A stretch of DNA of 63,486 bases, filler included, from Octopus bimaculoides (GCF_001194135.2; 4 parts of 4 records of this genome joined end to end with filler, not necessarily neighbours in it); one strand, 5' to 3'; positions 37,104 to 49,523 are shown, counted from the first letter of the whole stretch. Notes: generated from the sequence alone by a model not told the origin. Numbers and translations: made by a program.

Positions 37104-37274
37104 TTATACTTCAGATTCCTTATACAGATTTAAAATGTCCATTTGGTTTAGGATGAAGGAAATGGTGTGCTGTCGAATCAGTCCAATTTGACATTTCAAT
37201 GTCACATTCTGCTCAAGTGACATGTCCAAACAAGATTTCAGAAATGCATTTTCCGCAATCATCTTTTCTCGAGC
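37104..37274 (-). CDS. Probable terminal coding exon of an unidentified host gene
   Basis: Acceptor ttctctctcttggcatttgtttcAG; phase-0 open frame AREKMIAENAFLKSCLDMSLEQNVTLKCQIGLIRQHTISFILNQMDILNLYKESEV then TAA; joins in frame to exon 49333-49523. Confidence 0.7.
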   Translation of the reverse strand, partial: AREKMIAENAFLKSCLDMSLEQNVTLKCQIGLIRQHTISFILNQMDILNLYKESEV

Positions 37275-37364
37275 CTGAAACAAATGCCAAGAGAGAGAAT
37301 GGTTAGAATAAGAAATAAGAAATTTTACAAAAGAAAAAAAAAAAGGGGAAAATAATTCTTGTAA

Positions 37365-37525
37365 TATGGTTTCATCGACCCCGGTGCTCAACTGGTACTT
37401 ATTCTATTGACCTTCAAAAAATGAAAGGCTAAGGTGGTCTTCGTGGAATTTGAACTCAGAACATGAAGATGGAGGAAATGCCACTAAGAATTTTATGCAG
37501 CATGGTAACAGTTCTGCCACTTCAC
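37365..37525 (-). mobile_element. SINE family B, intronic
   Basis: tcgacccc...actggtacttattcta...ggaatttgaactcagaac. Confidence 0.65.
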
Positions 37526-38254
37526 TGCTGTATGTATTCTTGTAATATCTCCTCGTCATTGTTGGTGCTTTTTAACATCCACAATTTCATGTTTCATTAA
37601 TTAAATATATTCTGTTAGAATATTATACACTGAATTTATAATGAGTGCTCTTTATATAAAATATCAAAAATATTAATACTATAAAGTATTTAGACATTAA
37701 TACGTGCAATTATATATTCTGTATTTTGAAATAATAGCATGAAATTCAATATCAAACAAAATTCCTCGCGAACATATATGTCTAAAATAGTATTGTATTA
37801 AAAATATATATAAATATATGAAACATGACAGCTTAAAAATGTGTTAATTAATGCATCTTATGATCGTTGCACGAAAATATTGTCATTATAGTAGAATCCA
37901 TTGCTGATATACATTGATAGACAATACTTCCACTCATCAGAGATGGAGAAGATAAAAATTTTTATAATATATCAAATGTTGTTTTAAAATTAAAAAAATA
38001 TATGAGAAAGTATTTTTGAAAAATAGATTAAAATTTACTGGTTTAGATTTATGCAGGACGACTTTGGTAATAAAATTTAAAGTTTGTATTTATATCCTTG
38101 GTAAGTTCACCTCATTAATCCATGACTGGTATTGATTTCTGTAGATAGACTTTGGTAGGAAAATTTCGAGTTTGTATATATACAAACGAGTTTGTATATA
38201 CACAAGGTTTTGGTCAACCCGAGACTATGGAGGACTCTCTTAATATGGAGTAAC

Positions 38255-38430
38255 TAAGCAAAATGCTTAATAGTATTTCGTATTGGTTTTTACATTCTGA
38301 TTTCATGTTCTGTCAAGGTTGACTTTGCCTTTTATCCTTTCAGGGTCGATGAAATAAGTACCAGTCGAGTACAGGGGTTGATGTAATTGACTTGCCCCTC
38401 CTCCTAAATTATTGGCCTGGTGCCAAAACT
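38255..38430 (+). mobile_element. SINE family B
   Basis: gttgactttgccttttatcctttcagggtcgatgaaataagtaccag. Confidence 0.7.
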
Positions 38431-38619
38431 TGCAACCAATATGAGTAACATTTGTGTTTTCATGCTATTGGAAGAAACAAGGCTGACATATCCTCATTGG
38501 AAACTGTTCTTTAGGTTTCTGCTCATAGTGTCAGAATGGTATTGGTATGTGGTACATAGATTATGGGTGGACACTGCATGGTTGAGGAATGACAGAGGAA
38601 TAACAGTTAGTGCCCCTGT

Positions 38620-38900
38620 GTGAAAGGAGGTGTTGTTGAATGTAGTTACATTTCAAACACAAGCATCATACAATCTGCCCTTCACTCACAGTGAAGAAGC
38701 CTTTGTTGCCAGTCTGTTCTTACCCTAGGAAGCTACCAACTTCTTCCTTTGATGAACCATCTGGATATTTAAGCCGATCTATTTCTGATGTGCTCTTAAT
38801 GCTTATTAACCCAATATATTTCCCACATACAAAACCTGATTCCTCTGTTAACCTATCTGTATCTACCATTTCTGCATAATAAGCAAGGACATTTCCCTGA
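38620..38900 (-). mobile_element. Decayed RTE-clade LINE C-terminal fragment
   Basis: RLTEESGFVC...LKYPDGSSKEEVGSFLG / LATKASSL*VKGRLYDACV resembles the RTE VDSFxYLG...VKGRLYxACV pattern. Confidence 0.65.
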
Positions 38901-39946
38901 TAGTAATGCCCAGGTATCTGAGACTAAGGCTACAATTGGATTCTAAAGTAAATGTGGAATTGTACGACAACTGTATAAATTTATTTTGTCTGAAGTACAA
39001 TTTTAAGTCGGCATGATTTTAAACTTGTCAAAGTTAAGCTGGAGTAAACCTGGAAAAATTTAGGGAAACTTCCATTCAAAAATTTCAATTATGTTGTTCC
39101 CTCCTTTAACTATATTTATTTATAGATTTTTAACTGTCACAAATGTAGTTTCGCAATTTTTGTATAACAAAGGGTTTGACTCTATTGTATTTCATTCATT
39201 TATTCTGTTTTATCTCCATATTCTTGCACTGTGGGCTATATTCTAAGAGACACACAAAACCCCAATCCAACACGTAAACGGATTTAATAAAATACCTCAA
39301 TGAAGAGCTGCAAGACGATGCAGTTGGAAACAAGGTCTAAAGTTGATGTAATTCGTCCATCACGTGCATTTCAGCAAAATAACACAATAAGCTTCTTTTT
39401 AATACATTTACCCGTTCAATTAATTAAAACAACGACAGAACTAACATTTTTAAATGAAATTAAAAAAAAATATAAAAAATACGTAAATGAAATTAAATTC
39501 GTTCAAGGGAGATAACTAGCAAGTAATTATTAAAGTTATTCCCCTTGTCAATATAAGATTTTTTTTTTTTAATTCGGAAGACTGCAAAGTATTTTAATCG
39601 GTATTTTATTTTATAATTTGATTATTCGCGTGTTTATTCATTTATTTCATTACTTACGTGTTTATACATTTATTTGTTATATTACATATTTAATACATTT
39701 TCAGTGAGGTACTAAGAAATTCAACGTCCTTTTTGCTTACGAAATGAATTAATTTCGAATACAGACCGTAATTCTATCTCCACACTAATTGTAACATTTC
39801 TGTTGTGAGGTGTTAACGAGTTTATTTCGTTATAATATTTACAACTATAATTATATTCTCGGGTTAATTTATTTTGCAACAATATTTCTGGGAGGAAACG
39901 TTGTGAGAATGGAGGAAAACGAGTAAAAGTTGTGCCGTTGCTTAAG

Positions 39947-40377
39947 CTCTTTTACTTGTTTCAGTCATTTGACTGCGGCCATGCTGGAGCACCGCCTTTA
40001 GTCGAGCAAATCGACCCCAGGACTTATTCTTTGTAAGCCTAGTGCTTATTCTATCAGTATCTTTTGCCGAACCGCTAAGTTACGGGGACATAAACACACC
40101 AACATCGGTTGTCAAGCGATGTTAGGGGGGACAAACACAGACGCACAAACATATATATATATATACACACACATATATATGACTGGTTTCTTTCAGTTTC
40201 CGTCTACCAAATCCACTCACAAGGCTTTGGTCGGCCCGAGGCTATAGTAGAAGACACTTGCCCAAGGTGCCACGCANNNNNNNNNNTAGAAGACACTTGC
40301 CCAAGGTGCCACGCAGTAGGACTGAACCCAGAACCATGTGGTTGGTAAGCAAGCTACTTACCACACAGCCACTCCTG
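39947..40377 (-). mobile_element. Full composite SINE family A
   Basis: Complete tail, TA/CA array and head; a 29-bp overlap across the 10-N gap is an assembly artefact. Confidence 0.9.
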
Positions 40378-40439
40378 TGGATAAATAAATATTCATTCCC
40401 CACAGCCATAGCAACAACAGCAACAATAGCAATACGATT

Positions 40440-40615
40440 TATTTTAGCGGTATTTCATCTCTCTTTACATTCTGAGTTCAAATTCCGCCGAGGTCGACTT
40501 TGCTTTTCATCCTTTTGGGATCGATAAATTAAGTACCAGTTACGCACTGGGGTCGATCTAATCGACTGGCCCCCTCCCCCAAAATTTCAGGCCTTGTGCC
40601 TAGAGTAGAAAAGAA
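40440..40615 (+). mobile_element. SINE family B
   Basis: ctgagttcaaattccgccgaggtcgacttt...gataaattaagtaccagtt...gcctagagtagaaaaga. Confidence 0.8.
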
Positions 40616-41012
40616 TAATGATTATGAGCTTATTGCATATAGAGCTCAGATGCATTGTAATTCATTAGAAAATGATGAAAGAGAAAACAGAAGACAGAAA
40701 TTAGTAATAAAGTCAGTCAAGTAAAGAAAGACAGCAATGAAAGACTGAAGAAGATGCAGAGTCCACAGGATGAAAGAGAAGAAGGACAGGAAAATGACAT
40801 CAAAAGAGTCATAAAGAAGAAAAGATGCATAGACACATCAGGAGTAGTATTGGCATTCTCAGATTCTGGATTCCTCCATGTGCCCATGAGGGATTAACTA
40901 CAAGACAGAAATTCCATGCAGAAAGCATTCAACAATATGAAGCACTCACATGTTTTCACCTGTAATATGTACATACTTAGGACAGTACAAAATATATTAC
41001 AATTATACAGTA

Positions 41013-41250
41013 CAGTAATCCCTCGACTATCGCAAGTGTTATGTTCCAAAAACCCCTGCGATAGGTGAAAATCCGTGAAGTAGAAACAGTTCTGTACTGT
41101 ATTTTTTTTAAAATTATTTTTATAATTTGTATATATTTATTTCATTATAAATGCAAAACAACAGCACAGATAATTCAACGTACGATTAAATAATAAACTA
41201 CAATGGGTGAACTGTGATAGGTGAACCACGATATGGTGAGGGATTTACTG
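41013..41250. mobile_element. Tigger/pogo-type MITE
   Basis: TIR cagtaatccctcgactatcg / cgatatggtgagggatttactg with TA on both sides (41011-41012, 41251-41252). Confidence 0.8.
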
Positions 41251-41479
41251 TACTCACATGCTTACAGTGGTCACTTGTACACACTCATGACACCTGTTTA
41301 TAACAAAGTTAACTAATTTATTTGACAGTGAATCAAAAATAATGATGATACATATATATCGAGTTATTCGCGATCAGAGGCGTCCATAAACCGAGATACT
41401 GTATTAAATGAATATGAGAAAGACAGGAGATAAAGTATGATTTATTCATGATCAAAGTTGTTCAAAAACCAAGGTACTA

Positions 41480-41527
<48 letters not shown>

Positions 41528-41559
41528 ATGGTAAGACAACAAATGAATACTTGAGACCT

Positions 41560-41775
41560 CGATGTTGCCAGTACCGCTTGACTGGCCCTCATGCCGGTGT
41601 CACGTAAAAGCACCCACTACACTCTCGGAGTGGTTGGCATTAGGAAGGGCATCCAGCTGTAGAAATTCTGCCAGATCAGATTGGAGCCTAGTGCAGCCAT
41701 GTGGCTTGCCAGTCCTCAGTCAAACCGTCCAACCCATGCCAGCATGGAATGTGGATGTTAAACAATGATGATGAT
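41560..41775 (+). mobile_element. Repeat family C
   Basis: cacactctcggagtggttggcattaggaagggcatccagctg...gatgttaaacaatgatgatg. Confidence 0.8.
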
Positions 41776-44205
41776 ATATAGATGTATAACAAATCAAAAT
41801 ATTTTCATACGGTCTTATAATGATGAGGAATCTCTTTGATAATTTACCTTATTTGCCTCCAGTCTACCTCAGCTCACATCATGTGACTAGTTTGTATGTA
41901 TGAAAGGGGAAACAACTCACAGCAATAACTTACAAAGAAAATCTGTATTAAAGTAGAGCAGTGTAGAGTACATGAAATATTAACTTGTTTCACTCAAGCT
42001 AAGATGATATGGAAATGATTAGATGGAGCAGATATTATGAAACAGCAGCTAATATGAGATAAATGTGTTAATATGAGCTAATATGAGATAAATGAGTTAA
42101 TAAATGTCTTGTTCAACTAAAGGAAAAATCTAAGCTTTCATAGAAAAACACCGCAGAATATTTTATAGAGTAGCTTGGGATGAAGTTAATAGTGTCGTGA
42201 AAGCAATGTGATAACATGTAATATTATCAATGTGATATTAGAGTATTTGAGATAGAATGATCAGCAGAGAATTTTTCAGTTTGTTATTTGTTAATATTAG
42301 TGAAGTGCTTTAGAAGTGAATGTAATGTAAGTAGCTGAAGCAAAATTGCTTGAAGCAAATATTTGTTGTTTCTTTTTAAATAAAATAATGAATATCATCT
42401 CAATGAAATTCAGTTCCTATTTCTTGCAAACTAACATGCTACTATCACTCAAAAAAAAGAAAACGGAATTTTCATGAATTTCAAAGGTGCAGATAAATGC
42501 TATGCCAAAGTTCAAGCAAAAAGCAGTTCAATCTTCTGAAAAATTACAAAGAAAATGCTGCTAACATACTGAAGTATGAAGACAAGTATTTTGGATTCAT
42601 GAAGCAAAAAGTTTACATTTCTCTTATTATGTAATATAGGGTAGTATTCCCACACAGTTACTTCAATATAGTTATTATCTCCAGTCATACATCTTCTGAA
42701 GTGTTTCAAACTATCAAATAGTGAATTTGTATTATCTGAGTAGTTGAGGCACCAAGTCAGTCCAGTATTATCTGCACAGCTCGAAGTAAGGCGAACAAAA
42801 GCAAATAAGTAACAAGGATGTCCAGGTATTTGGATGTCCAAGAAGTAATGGTTAACTTTCTAACTCGCTAATTTGCTTGTTATATATACATTGTTATGTG
42901 ACTGCATAGAAAGGAGTATATACATCAAGGATAAACATACGGAATATATTTACTGTTAGTGCACAAGAAATCAATGGAGTACATCACTGTTCAATACAGT
43001 GGGTTTTAAAAGAAAACATCTAACATTAGTCTCCTATTTACTGAAATATATCCCCAACACAGCACACTGGGTATTGAGAAAACAATTCATACATTACAAA
43101 AGCTTGACTAAATACTGTGCGCAGAAGTTATTAGCCATCTTAATTAGATATTAATATAAGTTAGCAGCTGTTAAAATATTACATGGTTATAAAGAGTTTA
43201 AGACAACAGTTTAGGCACACTCAACAAAGATTAGGTCAACTACGCAGGAACAAGTTCAGGGTCACTCCATTTAGTAAGCTTCTTGCAGGGATCTCATCTG
43301 CATTTTCTCTTACAATTGGGTCAAGCCAAAGGTGTGATAGAAGACATTGGTCCACAATGCCACAGTCTGTTTTCACATGATTCTACATGATTGCGAAGTG
43401 AACTTCTTAATCATATGGCTATTATATCGTCTCTGCTCAGTAATCATGAAAGGGACAGAATGAGAGAGGGATTAACAGTATATGTTTATCGACAACCACA
43501 TATCTTGTCCACTCAGCAAATATGAAAATGACAAAACATTGTACATACATATATACATGTGAGGTCCAACAGACCAAAATCACATATAAGAATTCCAGCA
43601 CCCAAGGCATCCATGCTAAGTTGGATATAAATAAAGACTACCTTTTGGTATTAATATGGCTTCCATCCCTAATAATTAATTTTTTTATAAGCCTGTTGGA
43701 TATTTGTGATATCAGCATCTGAAAAATAGCTGAAATTCTATATATCATAGCAATGAAATCTGACTGGCATGCGATGGTCAGTGCTTCCCACTGAGGAGGT
43801 CCAATGGACCAAAATCATGTAATATGGGAATTACGGCACCCACGATGGACAAATTTCATCTGCTATGATTTATGTGTGTGCTTTTATGCACCAAGCTTCT
43901 ATATGAGAAGATCTCACAAGGCTAATAATACAGTATTTGGTGTTCTAACATAGCATCCATGTAAAGTTGGATATAAAGATTACTTTTTGGCATTAATACT
44001 GCTTCCATCGTTAATAATGTTTGCATGTGTGTGTGTGCATGTGTGTGTGTGTGTGTGTGTGTGCATGTGTGTGTGTGTGTGTGTGTTTGCGTGTATGCAC
44101 ACATGCATGTACACAATAAAAATAGACATCTGCTCAGCTGAAACAAGCAGAAAAGAAGAATGAGTGTCATGACAAAAGCTATATATTGTTGAGTGAGAGC
44201 AAGAG

Positions 44206-44250
<45 letters not shown>

Positions 44251-44359
44251 NNNNNNNNNNATATATATATATACACACATATATATACATATATATATGC
44301 ATATATATATGTGTGTGTGTATATATATATGTGTGTGTGTGTATATGATTGAGTCTTCT

Positions 44360-44652
44360 GTCATTAGACGACGTATGAGGGGTTGACGATTTCTTATTGA
44401 ACAACCACACGGATGATCTGTTTAGAGTGATCAAATGCTTGTGTAGACATAAGCTCACTCCCTCCATAAAATTGATAATACCTGTACAGGTGCAAACTGG
44501 GTGCCACAGCCACATATCAGATGTCGAAATGATCACAGAGCAACGTAAAATGAAGTGCTTTGCTCAAGAACACAACACAATGCCCGGTCTGGGAATCGAA
44601 CCCATGATCTTGCAATCGTGAGCGCAACACCCTAACCACTAAGCCATGCACC
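44360..44652 (-). mobile_element. tRNA-derived CORE-like SINE (second subfamily)
   Basis: Minus head tagtggttagggtgttgcgctcacgattgc...ggttcgattcccaga...ttgtgttcttgagcaaagcacttc. Confidence 0.7.
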
Positions 44653-45784
44653 TGTATATGTATATTGATATATAAATGCATTCACACAGATGAAGAAGGT
44701 AAGAGATAGAGGATGAGACAAAAATGCAAGATGGAACACTACAGTACAGACTGACCATGCATATCTAAGCAATGCTGATTAGCGGCTGCTGGGTTTCGGT
44801 GAATACGAAGCCTGACAACAAGCAATTAACAAAGATCAAAGGTCACTTACTGGATTTCTTCCGTAATACACTGCTCCTTCATAAAGAGACAAAAGGAAAT
44901 GAGGCATGAGATGAGATGTACAATGCACTTAATGGTTGAGTAAAAGATCTCACAGATGGGAAAGTTTTTAACATCTTTGCAATAAACTGTGGAAGACTGA
45001 GAGACAATGAAGGTCACTATTTGAAACGTAGCATTTGGCATTTAGGCCCTAAGTATTTAAACTGGCCATATATGATCTTTACCTGTTTTACATTCATACC
45101 AGCCAGATCCAGCCTTTCGCACCTACCCTACAATGTCATTCTAAAATGAAATAATCACTTGAAGTTATGAGATAATGCATGATTAATTCAAGACAATGTG
45201 AATAAATAAGGATTACATTTGACAGAATAATCTGCATGCTGAAGGGTTAAGCACTTGATAAAGCATTTGAGAAATGAGAAGATATATACAATGCACTTAA
45301 TGGTTGATTAAAAGAGCTCATAATTGGAAAAGTTTTTACACCTTTGCAACAAGGTGTGGAAGACTGAGAAAAAACGAAGGGAGACTACTGAACATCTGAA
45401 TCTCCTATTTTAGGGAAAACACTACAAGTTTGTATTTTGTACACTTTTTTCTTTTTTCAACAACACACAACAGATATGAAAGAATATGAGAATTTTGATA
45501 ATTTAGGTAATGCTAGATTAAATTTATCATTTAGGGAAATGGTTTTACTGATATAAAAAGTGGCGGAATGAAGAAAGAAAAAATAAAGGGCAGATTCTAT
45601 TTTGTAGTATTAAAAAATGTTATCTCACCATGAACAGAAATTAGTTTTTTGTAGTTGAAATAGTCAAAAATAAAAGACTCTAAAAACCACATTTTGGTAA
45701 AAATATATTAAAATTAGAAATTCAAATTATGATGAAAGTAAACAAAGTTTGCTTTTTAGAAGTATTGTGATGAATTGAAAGATA

Positions 45785-45953
45785 CAGAAATAATTAATTC
45801 TCAAATGCAAAATAATGCTAACAGAATAGCAGGAACAGATAAAATATCTATATTTTTTTCAGAAAAATTTGCCAGCAGCAAAAATATGGATATGTTATCC
45901 TGTTCCTGCTATTCTGTTAGCATTATTCTGTGATTGAAAATTAATTATTTCTG
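45785..45953. repeat. Intronic inverted repeat (MITE-like)
   Basis: 28-bp perfect core 45811-45838 / 45900-45927 within ~65-bp imperfect arms. Confidence 0.85.
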
Positions 45954-46658
45954 CATTAAAATTAGAATTTTTAAGAATTTTCTAGAGTGTGTAGATTTTA
46001 ATAATTGCTTTCTTTAAGTAAAAGCAACATAATTTCAACTAATTAATATATAGTATAAAAAAAACATGGCTTTGAACAAAGTGGTTATTCTTTCCATGTT
46101 CCCTAGCCTCATCCAAAGTCATCTCCCAAGCAAGACCTCAAGCAATGCTACAACCATACCATTATTGATAAAACAATAGAATTAAATATGTATGTTATTT
46201 TTTTTTTCATTAATACCTAATAGGTTACAGCTTTATAAATCTGTTTCAACTCATAAGGTCTTCTCTGAACTAGTTTTCAGAAGATTGTATATGTATGCAT
46301 GTAGATGCATGCATACATACTTCTATATATATAATGTGTATATACTTCTATATATATAATACTTTTCATCTCCTTGAGATTAACAACATAAATACCAGTT
46401 GAGCACTGGGATCAACTTCACTAATTATACCCCTTCTCCCACAATTTCAAGCCTTGAGCTTATAGCAGAAAGAAAAAAACTGTTTTCATAAAGTGATTTT
46501 AATCATGGAACAAGCTTTTATGCTGATGATGCAAATGTGGTTTTTAGACATATTTTCACATGGTGATGGTGGTGGAAGATGGTATTTATGGTGCATGTTA
46601 TGATGTTGGCTGTCATTTCAAAAAATCTGTTAACTTTTTTTCTTTTAAATAAGTTTAA

Positions 46659-46778
46659 CCCTTTCATTACTGTATTTATTTTGAGATGCTCTGTGTTTCT
46701 TTCAGTTACTTTAAATATATCAAAGAAATTTGTACTACAGAGCCAGAAGCAGTTTCAGCCGGATTGGTATCAAAAGGG
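46659..46778. mobile_element. piggyBac-type MITE, short form
   Basis: TTAA|CCCTTT...AAAGGG|TTAA termini. Confidence 0.8.
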
Positions 46779-46809
46779 TTAAGAATTGTTTCTCTATTAT
46801 ATATTTTAA

Positions 46810-47031
46810 CCCTTTTGTTACCATATTTCTGTTGAGATGCTCTGCTTTTCTTTCAATCAATTTTAAATATAACAAATAATTTAGTAAAATAACTTCGTTA
46901 TCATTCAGCTAGTGTTAGGAACATCAATTGGGACTAAGTTTTGGTGGAAGATTTTAATTCAAAACTTATGAAAACAAGACATTTGTACAACAGAACTAAA
47001 GGTTGTTTCAGCAGGGTTGGTAATGAAAGGG
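46810..47031. mobile_element. piggyBac-type MITE, longer form
   Basis: TTAA|CCCTTT...AAAGGG|TTAA; shares gagatgctctg and tttgtac segments with the neighbouring copy. Confidence 0.8.
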
Positions 47032-47199
47032 TTAAAATGTCAATTGTAGATTTAAAGAATAGAGTAACTGGCACAGGAAATAATTTGTCTGTTGACTGTT
47101 TTCCTGCTCTGTGATGACACAGCAGTCATCCATATTCTTGCTAAAAAGGAAGTAAACAACATCACCATTTCATGCACAAACAATAGACGTTAAACGATG

Positions 47200-47370
47200 A
47201 TGATACACAAAACGGGATTCTTTCAGCTTTTGCCTACCAAATCCACTCACAAGGATTTGCTCAGCCCAAGGCTACGGTAGAAGAAACTTGCCCAAAGTGC
47301 CACGCAGTGGGACTGAACCCAGAACCATATGGTTGAGAAGCAAGCTTCTTACCACACAGCCACCCATGCA
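47200..47370 (-). mobile_element. SINE family A head
   Basis: ccaaatccactcacaagg...cttgcccaaagtgccacgcagtgggactgaaccc. Confidence 0.75.
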
Positions 47371-47601
47371 ATTTTTTTTTCTTTACCCAAGTGTCCGTGT
47401 AATATTGAAAGAGAAATGAGAAAATTCAAGGGAAATAACTCTTCTTGGTCTAAATTCACTTAAATTCTTGGTGTGTTCTTACAAAAACTAGTTAGAACCG
47501 AATATTTAAAACTGAAGTACTTAATATTTGGGATGGATATATTCATTAATTAAAATAATGACTATTACAAGACAAGTCCTATTTCCTTCACTTTAGAATA
47601 T

Positions 47602-47768
47602 GTGAGAGAATGCGTACGTGCGTGTGGGGGTGTTTGTGTGTGTGTGTTATGTGGTGTTGTGTGTGTATGTTGTGTGTGTGTGTGTGGTGTTGTATGTGTG
47701 TTGTGTGTATCGTGTTGTATGTGTTGTGTGTATGTTGTGTGTGTAGTGTTGTGTGTTGTGTTGTGGTT

Positions 47769-47805
<37 letters not shown>

Positions 47806-47955
47806 TGTTGTATGTGTGTTGTGTGTATGTGTTGTGTGTACGTGTTGTGTGTAGTGTTGTGTTGTGTGGTGTTCTGTGTGGTGTTTTGTGTGTGTGTGTT
47901 GTGTGTCGTGTTGTGTGTGTGCGCGCGCGTGTGTGTGTGTGTGCGTGTGTGTGGG
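47602..47955. repeat. Degenerate TG-rich array (tgtgtgttg-type)
   Basis: Direct reading; source of the Cys/Val-rich spurious ORFs. Confidence 0.9.
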
Positions 47956-48337
47956 TGACTATTTTTACATTAGATTTTCCATGCCTGTATGAGTTGAAAC
48001 TCTTTTCTTCGCATCACATTAATCTCTAACATGGCAGAAGACCAAAGAATTATAAGGGAAACGCACAGACGATTGAAGTACCCCCACCCCCAGTTCTTAA
48101 CTGTGTACTTTGGTAAGACCAGCAGAAAGGAATGAAAAGCAAAGCTGATCCTTACAATATTTGACAACAGAATATAGATGGAGAAATGTAACTAAAATAC
48201 CACAAGACATATTTGCTCTGACAGCCAACTTTTGGCAGCAAATGAGGGAGCCTTTACACAATTGTTGTACCCACTAGAAATAGCTACCAGATCTGACCTC
48301 ATATTAACCCTTTTGTTACAATATTTCTAATGAAATA

Positions 48338-48553
48338 AGATGGCGAGTTGGCAGAAACGTTAGCACGCCAGATGGAATACTTAGTGGTATTTTGTCTGTC
48401 TTTACGTTCTGAGTTCAAATTCCGCCGAGGTCTACTTTGCCTTTCATCCTTTCAGGGGTTGATAAATTAAGTATCAGTTATGTACTGGGACGATTTAAAC
48501 GACTGGCTGCTCCCTCCCCCAAAATTTCAGGCCTCGTGCCTAGAGTAGAAAAG
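48338..48553 (+). mobile_element. SINE family B with 18-bp TSD, inserted in a piggyBac-type MITE end
   Basis: aatatttctaatgaaata at 48320-48337 and 48554-48571; ttaacccttttgttac immediately upstream. Confidence 0.9.
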
Positions 48554-49332
48554 AATATTTCTAATGAAATACACTGACTTTATTTCTCTTAATTTTCTCT
48601 TGCCCCTAGAAGGGTTTGCACTGGCTCCCTATCACTGCTATCCTATCTTCTTTCCAGCTTCTCCCACCCACATTTTCATAATGCAGGGAAGCCAAGTATC
48701 TTCTTTGTAGCAGGTCACCTGCGCTTGGCCCTTGCATAAAGCCACCTCTGCCCTTCTTCACTCAAATACTGCCCTTCCCCTTTTCAGTCAAGGGGACTCA
48801 TCCCTTTCCTTTTTCACCTGTTCCTTTCTTATCTTGCAGGTTACTTGGCAACCTCGCTAGTGCTCGTGACATGAATAAAGCACCCAGGGTGCACTGTAAG
48901 GTGGCTGATGTTAGGAAGGGTAACCCAGGTATTTAAATATTGCCATGGAGTACAATGCAACTCTGCAGCTCACTAGAGCTCTATCTATCTCTCTATCTAT
49001 CTCTTCCCCCCTCTAGTTCACTGATTCTCTTCTGCTATTCTCCACCTCTCTCTCTCTCTGTCACATTACAATTCAGACAAAAAATAACAGAGAGAGAGAG
49101 AAACAGACAAATAGAGATGTAGAGTCAGATAATAATCTACTGCCTACGAAGGGTAGATTTGTCTGAGTGAGATAAAGTAACCTGATGACTAAGCATAAAT
49201 CTTGAAGATCAAATAAGGTCAAATAACGTCATTTAAAAAAAAAAAAGAAATGATAAACCATACATTGGTAGTTACCAGTGGAGGGTAGCAACCATTGTAA
49301 CAGAAAACATATGTGATTCACAGGAAACTTAC

Positions 49333-49523
49333 TTCTTCAGCTTTCAAGAGTCTGTCATAAAGGAGAGATTGTTCCTCATAGAATTCTTCCCCATTTACCG
49401 GTGCCTCACTCAGTGGCTTTGTGTTTGGCGTTAACAAAAGTTCGTTATCAGTCTGTGTGCTACGATGAGATTTTGAATCATGGAACATTCTGTGTTTGTT
49501 GTTATAACAACCATATTCAGAAT
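49333..49523 (-). CDS. Probable internal coding exon of the same host gene
   Basis: Acceptor ttgttttttttctttttctcAG, donor GTAAGT; 191 bp open in only one frame (phase 1 to 0): xSEYGCYNNKHRMFHDSKSHRSTQTDNELLLTPNTKPLSEAPVNGEEFYEEQSLLYDRLLKAEE. Confidence 0.75.

Noticed and set aside
40248-40315. 29-bp direct duplication in a SINE
   Set aside because: Identical copies on either side of a 10-N gap: an unmerged contig overlap.
42512-42865. ~115-codon complex-looking minus-strand ORF in the intron
   Set aside because: No polypyrimidine acceptor, no ATG start and no recognisable motif; cannot be supported without homology or RNA data.
44856-44881. Possible 26-nt micro-exon (EQCITEEI) with GTAAGT donor
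   Set aside because: It would change phase between exons that already join in frame, and no compensating exon was found.
47602-48029. Cys/Val-rich and other HT/YI/ER/SL-repeat ORFs throughout the track
   Set aside because: Translations of microsatellites or N runs, not genes.
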